Shown piece by piece: positions 46,671-53,606 of a stretch of 53,606 bases of DNA (positions within the stretch are counted from its first letter, which is position 1; each line of letters opens with the position of its first letter). The notes beneath the pieces were generated by a model. The model was not told the DNA's origin. It worked only from the letters and a program-made list of their open reading frames with translations, and did no database searches. The stretch is from a virus. Taxonomy: Duplodnaviria > Caudoviricetes. Both the position numbers and the translations under genes were made by a program. The DNA is taken from IMG/VR virus record IMGVR_UViG_3300010376_000042, positions 1-53,606 of that record, one strand, 5' to 3'.

Positions 46671-46931
46671 ATGAGCGGAGACAGCGCACACCGGACGTCG
46701 GATATGACCTTGGTGGCTTACCTCGCCACTGTGGGCATCAACAATGCCAAGATGGAGCTCAGTGGCGACTTGGTCGTCTGGGTCCTTCCGGCGTCCGGGG
46801 CGCTGTCGCGTGAGCTAGCCAAGTACGAGCGCGGTGACTGCCGCGTCGAGCCTGGCAACCTCATGCGGCAGGTGGTACGCGTCCGCACGGCAATGTTCCA
46901 GTTCAAGGAACGCGCTCAGCGTGTGGCGTAG
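46671..46931 (+). CDS. Small protein, DUF5659-like
   Basis: TSDMTLVAYL motif. Confidence 0.5.
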   Translation: MSGDSAHRTSDMTLVAYLATVGINNAKMELSGDLVVWVLPASGALSRELAKYERGDCRVEPGNLMRQVVRVRTAMFQFKERAQRVA

Positions 46932-46936
46932 CACCG

Positions 46937-49756
46937 ATGCGCGCAGTCAAGAAGAGGCACCTAGAGCTACTACAACCATACCTAGTTGGCGAGCAACCTA
47001 CTACACGCGGTGAAGATGAGCATCTTGAGTGGGACATGTTCTGTCCCTTGCACGAAGACGAAGAGCGCAGCAGTGGCATCAACCTGGATGCTGGCGTGTG
47101 GTACTGCCAGGCGGGCTGTGGCGGCGGCAGGGTTGAGGACCTCATCGCCAGGCGTGATGAGTGGATTGAACCTACCGCTGCCGCCCGCGCAGCGCGCAGT
47201 AACGGCGGCAGCAAACGCAAGGGCAGTGCTGCGAAGGAGAAGCCTCCTACAGATGCCAATGTGGCCGGGTGGGTCAGTGCCCTGTGGTCCAACGAAGATG
47301 CCATGGAGGGTCTGATGTTGGCGCGCGGGCTGACAGAGGATACGATCCGCACATACGAACTTGGCTGGGACAGTGGACGCAACTGCTACAGCATCCCGGT
47401 GCGCGACAGCGACGGCAAGCTGCTGAACGTGCGGCGGTACACGCTCAACGCTGCACCAGGGCGCAGGAAGATGTGGAGCGTCAGCGGTATGGGCACGCCC
47501 ACGCTGTACCCCATGAGTGTATTCGCCAGCAACCCGCAGAGCGTGGTGATCTGCGAGGGCGAGCTAGATGCGTTGATATGTATCCAGAATGGTGTGCCCG
47601 CTATCACGCGCACCGGCAGCGCCACCACCTGGAAGAAGGAGTGGGGTGAGTGGTTCAACGAGAAGGTTGTGCTGATTTGCCACGACATGGACAGTGCAGG
47701 GCAGACCGCCAACCGCAAGGTGTCACGAGCGCTGGACCGCGCAGCCAAGGAGGTTCGCGTCATCAAGCTGCCCTACAAGGTGCTGCCGAAGCACGGCAAG
47801 GACCTGACAGACTTCTGGCTGGAACATGATCGCGAGGATTGGGAGAAACTGCTTAGCGAGCAGAGCACCGAGCTCCATGTGGGTGAGGTGAAGGAAGTTG
47901 CGCCCGGTGATGCGCAGGTAATCGACAGCTTCGACGCCAAGAACGTAGGCGTACCGCTGCGCCTGACCGTGACGATCCGGGGCAAGAGGGAGCCGGGGTA
48001 CAGCGTGGTGCGCGAGGCATCGCTGACGTGTACACGTGATGCAGGGGAGCGTTGCAACGTGTGCCCGCTGTACCCGGCTCAGGGCGAGGACCTGTTGATC
48101 GTGCAGCCCAATGATCCCGTGGTGCTAGAACTGATGGACAGCACGCGTGGCCAAGTGTCTGATATCCTACGTGCCGCATATGGCACGCCCAAGTGCAACA
48201 AGCTGATGGTCGAGCCACTGGAGCACCAGGCGGTAGAGATCCTATTCGCACGGCCGAGCGTGGACCACGCCAACGGCAGGAGCGAGGACTACAAGTCTAT
48301 CAAGATTACGTCGGTTGGCCGCCACAACACCGCGCCCAACACCACGGTACAGTTGACCGGCTCGCTGTACCCTGAGCCACGGCGGCAACTCAACGAGTTC
48401 CAGGCGTGGGAGCTAGCGCAGCTACAGACATCCATCGACAAGTTCGAAATGACGCCAGCGGTTGCCAAGATGCTGACGCGCTTTCAACCGCGAGCAGACG
48501 AACGACCGCTGAAGAAGCTAGGGAGGATCAGCCGTGAGTTGGCCACGCATGTCACTAAGATCTATGGTCGTCCTGAGCTTCATGCTGCCCTCGATCTTGT
48601 TTGGCACAGCGCTCTTGGCTTCGCGTTCGATGGCAACGCTATTGGTCGCGGCTGGCTGGAGCTTCTGGTGGTTGGGGATACTCGCACTGGTAAGAGCGAG
48701 GCGGCAACGCGGCTTGCGAAACACTATCGTGCAGGAGAGGTTGTATCGTGCGAGTCCGCATCCTTCGCGGGTATTGTTGGTGGTGCCCAGCAGTTTGGTT
48801 CACGGGGAGAGTGGGCGATCACATGGGGAGCAGTCCCACTCAACGATCGAAGACTCGTAGTATTGGACGAGATCAGTGGTCTCACCACGGAGGGCATCGC
48901 GGCTATGTCGTCGGTGCGCAGTAGCGGCACAGCGGAAATCACCAAGATACAACAAGAGCGTACCTATGCGCGCACGCGTCTGGTCTGGCTTGGAAACCCT
49001 CGGAACGCCAGGATGGGAGATTACACTTACGGTGTACAGGCTATACCGCCGCTCATTGGAAATCCTGAGGATATAGCGCGCTTTGATCTAGCCATGTGCG
49101 TGCGCGTGGGTGAGGTATCTTCCGACGAGATCAATCGCAGCCACGCGCAGGCAGGCGGTCGGCTGACCTACACGGCCGAGGCATGTAGCGCATTGGTGCG
49201 ATGGGTGTGGTCGCGCAAGCCTGAGCACGTCAAGTGGGCGCGCGGCGCGGAACAAGCCGTGTACGACGCAGCCAAGGGTTTGGGCGAGCGTTACGTGGAG
49301 GACCCACCGCTGGTGCAGGTTGCCAACGTTCGCATCAAGGTAGCGCGATTGGCGGTAGCTCTGGCCGCGCGCCTGTTCAGCACAGACGCCAAGCACGAGT
49401 GCATCGTGGTGAAGAAGGAACATGTTGAGGACGCTGTGGCGTTCTTGGATCGGCTGTACAACATGCCGAGCTTCGGCTATGCAGAGCGCAGCCGTGAAGC
49501 GTTGCAGGACGCCGCCGATGCACAGGCGCAATATGACGAGGTCAAGGGTTATCTGCGCACGCAGAGCGGTCTGGCTAAGTTCCTGCGCAACGCGGGCACA
49601 TTCCGGCGGCAGGACCTTGAGGAGATCTTGAACATCAGCCGCGAGGAAGCCAACGCGGTGATCAACCAGTTGTGGGCCAGCAGGATGGTCCGCAAGGAAC
49701 GCGGCGACGTGAGGATCCTCCCGGCGCTGCATACGCTACTGAGGGAAGTCCAATGA
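46937..49756 (+). CDS. Primase-helicase fusion: CHC2 zinc finger, TOPRIM primase and MCM-family AAA+ helicase
   Basis: CPLH..CQAGC; ICEGELD, HDMD, KDLTDF; VVGDTRTGKS, LVVLDEI, ARTRLVWLGNP, IARFDL. Confidence 0.88.
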   Translation: MRAVKKRHLELLQPYLVGEQPTTRGEDEHLEWDMFCPLHEDEERSSGINLDAGVWYCQAGCGGGRVEDLIARRDEWIEPTAAARAARSNGGSKRKGSAAKEKPPTDANVAGWVSALWSNEDAMEGLMLARGLTEDTIRTYELGWDSGRNCYSIPVRDSDGKLLNVRRYTLNAAPGRRKMWSVSGMGTPTLYPMSVFASNPQSVVICEGELDALICIQNGVPAITRTGSATTWKKEWGEWFNEKVVLICHDMDSAGQTANRKVSRALDRAAKEVRVIKLPYKVLPKHGKDLTDFWLEHDREDWEKLLSEQSTELHVGEVKEVAPGDAQVIDSFDAKNVGVPLRLTVTIRGKREPGYSVVREASLTCTRDAGERCNVCPLYPAQGEDLLIVQPNDPVVLELMDSTRGQVSDILRAAYGTPKCNKLMVEPLEHQAVEILFARPSVDHANGRSEDYKSIKITSVGRHNTAPNTTVQLTGSLYPEPRRQLNEFQAWELAQLQTSIDKFEMTPAVAKMLTRFQPRADERPLKKLGRISRELATHVTKIYGRPELHAALDLVWHSALGFAFDGNAIGRGWLELLVVGDTRTGKSEAATRLAKHYRAGEVVSCESASFAGIVGGAQQFGSRGEWAITWGAVPLNDRRLVVLDEISGLTTEGIAAMSSVRSSGTAEITKIQQERTYARTRLVWLGNPRNARMGDYTYGVQAIPPLIGNPEDIARFDLAMCVRVGEVSSDEINRSHAQAGGRLTYTAEACSALVRWVWSRKPEHVKWARGAEQAVYDAAKGLGERYVEDPPLVQVANVRIKVARLAVALAARLFSTDAKHECIVVKKEHVEDAVAFLDRLYNMPSFGYAERSREALQDAADAQAQYDEVKGYLRTQSGLAKFLRNAGTFRRQDLEEILNISREEANAVINQLWASRMVRKERGDVRILPALHTLLREVQ

Positions 49757-49965
49757 GCGTAACGCCAGACAGCGCACTCACACGCGAGGCCATGAAGATC
49801 ATGGCTGAGAAGTATCCAAAGCTATCTTGGCAACAGCTGATGATGGCTATGACGCAGGCGGAGTGGGAGATTGACGGCACGAATGCTAAGTGCAGCGTGG
49901 TCATCCCTCCGGAAATCCCCGAGCTAGTCGAGATCACAATTGCCCCGACAGACGATAACAGCTGA
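49753..49965 (+). CDS. Hypothetical protein
   Basis: ATGA coupling to primase-helicase. Confidence 0.55.
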   Translation: MSVTPDSALTREAMKIMAEKYPKLSWQQLMMAMTQAEWEIDGTNAKCSVVIPPEIPELVEITIAPTDDNS

Positions 49966-50227
49966 GAATCTGACGCAGGCTGAGGAGGCGCTAAGGCGTA
50001 CCTACCTGCATGTGCCAGGTGAGCAGGCGCACGAGCGCGTGATGCGACGGGCTGGCGTCGACACAGAGGCAATGCAACGATTCATGCAGCATCACAAGGA
50101 CACGTTGTTCAAGCACTACCTACCGGACATCGACCCTCGGGACGAGCCGGCAATCATGACCATGATGCTGCACATGTTCGCCGTTGGCGCCGTGGCGCAG
50201 CGCTTCTCAGATGGGAGGCCCAGCTAA
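49940..50227 (+). CDS. Hypothetical protein
   Basis: 95 aa, TAATG coupling downstream. Confidence 0.6.
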   Translation: MPRQTITAENLTQAEEALRRTYLHVPGEQAHERVMRRAGVDTEAMQRFMQHHKDTLFKHYLPDIDPRDEPAIMTMMLHMFAVGAVAQRFSDGRPS

Positions 50228-50622
50228 TGCTGAGCGTACAGCGGGACGTAGAAGCGTTCCACATGAAGTTCGACCACCCTGCCGGTGGCAAGATCAAACT
50301 GCGCATGCGCAAGCTGCGTCGCAGGCTGATCAAGGAGGAGGCCAAGGAGCTCTGCAAGGCGCTCAAGCGGCGCGACGAGGTAGAGGTCATCGACGGCATC
50401 TGCGATCTGATGTATGTGACCGTCGGCACGGCGGTCGCCATGGGCATCGACCTGGAGCCGTTCTGGGAGCAGGTGCAGGCAGCCAACATGGCCAAGGAGG
50501 GCGGCGGCAAGCGTGGCGACGGGAAGGTGCTACGGCCCGAGGGCTGGGTCGCACCGGACATCGCTGGCATACTGTCCGAGCAGCGTGCGGCACGTGACGC
50601 CAGTCTGGAGGTTGCGGCATGA
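50227..50622 (+). CDS. MazG-like / PRA-PH all-alpha NTP pyrophosphohydrolase
   Basis: VEAFH..F, LIKEEAKEL, DGICDLMYV, NMAK, GKVLRPEGW..PDI. Confidence 0.88.
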   Translation: MLSVQRDVEAFHMKFDHPAGGKIKLRMRKLRRRLIKEEAKELCKALKRRDEVEVIDGICDLMYVTVGTAVAMGIDLEPFWEQVQAANMAKEGGGKRGDGKVLRPEGWVAPDIAGILSEQRAARDASLEVAA

Positions 50623-51089
50623 GCAACTTCCTAGTCATTCAGGGTTGCCCTTGTAACCCGATGATAGCGCCGTACTTCGCGCTACTGGTGAAAGAGGTTG
50701 GCGCTGAGGTCAACTCGCTGTACCGGGGCGAGGACGCAGCGGCCATCCTGCATCACTATGGCAAGCACACGCAAGCCGAGCTCTACCGCGAGCTACCGCC
50801 CGGCACGGCCAATCCACCTGGGCGGTCTACGCATGAGCTACGCAGCGATGCGGTAGCGTACCCAGGGCCGCTTGGTCGCCACCTTGAATGGTGGCAGCAG
50901 GGTATCGACGTCAACGACAGCGACGTCGCGAACATGGAGCGCGCTGCCAGGCGGCATGGTTGGGAGTTGTTCCAGCCGTACCGCGCGGGCGTCGAGTTCC
51001 ACCACCTCAACTTCCGGTTCAGGCCGAAGGCTCGTGGGCGTGACCGCCTGCGCATCATCGCCTTGCGCCGGACCCTACCGAGGCACTAG
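50619..51089 (+). CDS. M15-family zinc peptidase (D-Ala-D-Ala carboxypeptidase-like)
   Basis: NSLYR, QAELY, ANPPGRSTHE, GIDV, EFHH. Confidence 0.75.
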   Translation: MSNFLVIQGCPCNPMIAPYFALLVKEVGAEVNSLYRGEDAAAILHHYGKHTQAELYRELPPGTANPPGRSTHELRSDAVAYPGPLGRHLEWWQQGIDVNDSDVANMERAARRHGWELFQPYRAGVEFHHLNFRFRPKARGRDRLRIIALRRTLPRH

Positions 51090-51090
51090 C

Positions 51091-51333
51091 ATGATGGGGC
51101 TCAAGTTCAAGTACACCAACTGGCGTGGCAACGATCACGAGTATGTGATTAGTCCGGAAAGGGGTGGCCTGGAACAGTACACAGCCACTATGACTGGGCG
51201 CGATGGCGCTGCCTGGATGGTGTCTGGCGATGTAGTAACTCGCGATGGTGATGTACGTGAGGGCATGGGCGACAACCGCAGGCGCTCATTCGAGTTGATC
51301 AAGATGCGCGACATCGAGGAAGTTGAGGTATGA
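51091..51333 (+). CDS. Stand-alone WYL-like domain protein
   Basis: FKYTNWRG....ISP...WMVSG...RRSFELIKM. Confidence 0.6.
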   Translation: MMGLKFKYTNWRGNDHEYVISPERGGLEQYTATMTGRDGAAWMVSGDVVTRDGDVREGMGDNRRRSFELIKMRDIEEVEV

Positions 51334-52085
51334 CGGGCAAGGTTGCCATCCTGGGGTGCGGGCCAGCGGGGTTGCTGGCCACGCACGCCGCCCAGCTAAT
51401 GCACATCAACCCCAAGGTGTTCGCCATCAAGAAACCGAGCGTGATCAACGGTGCGCAGTTCATACACGACAGCATCCATGGACTAGACCTTGGCGCTGCG
51501 CAGCCGGTGGACTTTCGCAAGGTGGGCGACAAGGCAGGCTACGCATTCAAGGTGTACGGTAGCCGCGACGCCGAGTGCTCGTGGGACTTGTTCCCGTCGG
51601 GCGAGCTACCGGCGTGGCCGATGCACGGTGTGTACGACACGCTGTGGTCGCTGTACGAAGAGCTAGTGACTGACTGTCGGTTGTTCCCCAGTGACATCCG
51701 CACGCTGGAAAGTGAGTATGACTTGGTGATCAGCACGATCCCGCGCATGACCATATGCCAGCGCAAGCACGACTTCCGCAGTCAGCGTGTGTTGTTCTCC
51801 AACCGCGCAGCGTTCCGCACGACGGGCAACTTCATCGAGTACAACGGTGAGGTGGACGTGCCCTACTACCGCACCAGCCGGTTGTTCGGGTACGGTAGCA
51901 CCGAGTTCGGTGAGCACCACAAGCTGCACGTGCCCGCCGACATGCAGGCTGGCGTGAAGCCGCTCGGCACCAACTGCGACTGCCACCCCAAAGTAGTGTT
52001 CGTAGGCAGGTTCGGCAAGTGGCAGAAGGGTGTCCTAGTCCACCATGCGTTCCAGGAGGCATTCGATGCGTTGCAGCAGTTGTAG
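51330..52085 (+). CDS. FAD-dependent oxidoreductase/mutase, UDP-galactopyranose mutase (Glf)-like
   Basis: VAILGCGPAG Rossmann motif, GAQFIH, YDLVISTIP, VPYYR, FVGRFGKW. Confidence 0.7.
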   Translation: MTGKVAILGCGPAGLLATHAAQLMHINPKVFAIKKPSVINGAQFIHDSIHGLDLGAAQPVDFRKVGDKAGYAFKVYGSRDAECSWDLFPSGELPAWPMHGVYDTLWSLYEELVTDCRLFPSDIRTLESEYDLVISTIPRMTICQRKHDFRSQRVLFSNRAAFRTTGNFIEYNGEVDVPYYRTSRLFGYGSTEFGEHHKLHVPADMQAGVKPLGTNCDCHPKVVFVGRFGKWQKGVLVHHAFQEAFDALQQL

Positions 52086-52734
52086 CAAGGTGGTCAAGCC
52101 CATCGTCGCCATAGACATCGACGGTACGCTGGGCGATTACCACGGGCACCTGATCAACTTCGCCTGCTCATATCTAGGGCGCGGCTCGCGGGCACATATG
52201 TTCACGACTTACGATGGCACCGAACATTTCCGGGATTGGTTCTGCCGTATCTTCGAGACGGACTACGCCACGTTTCGTGCGATCAAGCTGGCCTACCGAC
52301 AGGGCGGCAACAAGCGCAGCATGCCCGTTGACGAGCACGCAATGCCATTCGTACACCACACTCGCGAGGAACTGGGCGCGGAGCTATGGCTCACCACCAC
52401 GCGTCCATATCTGCGCTTGGACAACGTAGATCCGGACACACGCTTTTGGCTGGAGCGTCACGGCATCAAGTTCGACGGCATGCTGTATGACGAGGACAAG
52501 TATGCGGTGCTGGCCGAACACGTAGACCGCGAGCGCGTCGTGGCGGTGCTAGATGACTTGCCGGAGCAGTACGACGCAGCCAAGCATGAGTTCGGCGGCC
52601 ACGTGCCGATCCTGCGTCGTAACCTGTACAACCGTGGCGTGCCGCGCCAGCGCACAGCTGAAGACTTGATCGCTGCGGGCGCAATGATAGAGCAGGCCAT
52701 CAACGACTGGAGGCAAGTCCATGGAAGTAATTGA
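52066..52734 (+). CDS. HAD-superfamily phosphatase (deoxynucleotidase-like)
   Basis: AIDIDGTL, TTRP, K, VLDD; AGGAGG RBS. Confidence 0.82.
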   Translation: MRCSSCSKVVKPIVAIDIDGTLGDYHGHLINFACSYLGRGSRAHMFTTYDGTEHFRDWFCRIFETDYATFRAIKLAYRQGGNKRSMPVDEHAMPFVHHTREELGAELWLTTTRPYLRLDNVDPDTRFWLERHGIKFDGMLYDEDKYAVLAEHVDRERVVAVLDDLPEQYDAAKHEFGGHVPILRRNLYNRGVPRQRTAEDLIAAGAMIEQAINDWRQVHGSN

Positions 52735-53125
52735 GAAGGGCAGCAATATTGAGATCGCGATCGATACGCTGCTCGACGTGCTGGGGGTGCCAACCGATGA
52801 CACCTACCGCGAACAGATGGTCGTGTTCTGCCGGGCGGTGCGCAAGAACGCTGAGCGGGAAGCGCAGTACAAAGGGCTATGGCAGCAAGACACTATCGGT
52901 GAGATAGCTGGCATGGCTGCGCATAAGGCCAAGCGCATGGGCCAGCACGAAGCCAACATGCGGGGTCCGTTCGTTGACGACCCGGAGATAGCTGCCGAGG
53001 GAGAGCATGAGCAGCAGATCTACGACAACGCCATGGACGACGCGATAGACCTCGTCAACTACGGCGCATTCACGGCGCGGCTAGTCGACGCCAGCAGCCA
53101 AGCCAACCGGAAACGGCCAGCATGA
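52721..53125 (+). CDS. All-alpha nucleotide pyrophosphohydrolase-like protein (Nmad1/DUF1599-like)
   Basis: ER...Y...W, K.KR, DDAIDLVNY.AF. Confidence 0.6.
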   Translation: MEVIEKGSNIEIAIDTLLDVLGVPTDDTYREQMVVFCRAVRKNAEREAQYKGLWQQDTIGEIAGMAAHKAKRMGQHEANMRGPFVDDPEIAAEGEHEQQIYDNAMDDAIDLVNYGAFTARLVDASSQANRKRPA

Positions 53126-53574
53126 GCAACCACGCTGAGGACACGATGGAGGGTCAGGTCGGTGACAACCGCCGCAAGCTGCCGCGTGATCGCACCGGCC
53201 CGACCATCAAGGTGCACGTGGGCGATGCCGAGTGGTACATCACGGCCAACGCTTTCGAGACCGGCGAGCTAGGGGAGATATTCTTCCATGGCTTCGGCAA
53301 GGAGGGCAGCACGCTGGAGGGTTGGTCGCAGGCATTCGCGTGCATGACTAGCATCGCTATTCAGTACGGTGCTGAGTTGCCAATGCTGGCGCGCAAGTTC
53401 GCGCACATGAAGTTCGAGCCCAACGGCCCCACCAACAACGAGGACATACCGTGGTGCAGCAGCGTGGTTGACTTCACGTTCCGCTGGCTGGCACGTCGAT
53501 TTGGCGATGAGGCACTCAACAAGGAACTGGACCAGATAGCCAACGAAATGCGCAGGGGGGCTAGTCGCATCTAA
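53122..53574 (+). CDS. Stand-alone TSCPD domain (C-terminal module of class II ribonucleotide reductase NrdJ)
   Basis: RRKLPRDR.G.T, YITAN, GEIF, KEGSTL, SIAIQYG, FEPNG, SSVVDF.FRWL. Confidence 0.82.
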   Translation: MSNHAEDTMEGQVGDNRRKLPRDRTGPTIKVHVGDAEWYITANAFETGELGEIFFHGFGKEGSTLEGWSQAFACMTSIAIQYGAELPMLARKFAHMKFEPNGPTNNEDIPWCSSVVDFTFRWLARRFGDEALNKELDQIANEMRRGASRI

Positions 53575-53606
53575 TGGGCATCAAGAACGACCTCATCAAG
53601 TCTGCC
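53484..53606. repeat. Terminal direct repeat, copy 2
   Basis: Identical to 1-123. Confidence 0.95.

Larger units (their letters stand above)
1..53606 (+). mobile_element. Complete circularised bacteriophage genome, contractile-tailed (myovirus-like), probably lytic, probable actinobacterial host
   Basis: Terminase, portal, capsid, sheath, tube, tape measure, baseplate and replication genes are all present; ends overlap by 123 bp; no host housekeeping flank; no integrase recognised. Confidence 0.93.

Overview
Apparently complete, circularly assembled ~53.5 kb tailed-phage genome: bases 1-123 are repeated exactly at 53484-53606, giving a 53,483 bp unit. It is GC-rich and essentially every gene lies on the + strand. 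It encodes a contractile tail (sheath, tube, baseplate J, gp25-like wedge). An actinobacterial host is inferred from the capsid and terminase style, a DUF2786 protein and leaderless promoters. No integrase or repressor was seen, so it is probably lytic. Gene order: DnaE polymerase and ThyX-like enzyme; small hypotheticals; a C-poor region with a RuvC-like resolvase; packaging, lysis, head, tail and baseplate genes (9.1-36.7 kb); promoter-driven early genes (36.7-41 kb); SNF2 helicase, Cas4/RecB-like nuclease, AAA ATPase, SSB and a TOPRIM-primase/MCM-helicase fusion; then a nucleotide-metabolism cassette running across the assembly join into dnaE. Best leads: (1) a candidate uncharacterised DNA base-modification pathway built around a divergent ThyX; (2) outer virion proteins depleted of Asp and switched to GAA-encoded Glu; (3) a candidate -1 frameshift fusing an early HTH protein to a WYL-like domain; (4) four structured non-coding RNA or leader elements. 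All family calls are by-eye motif recognition and all counts are hand counts; no searches were run.
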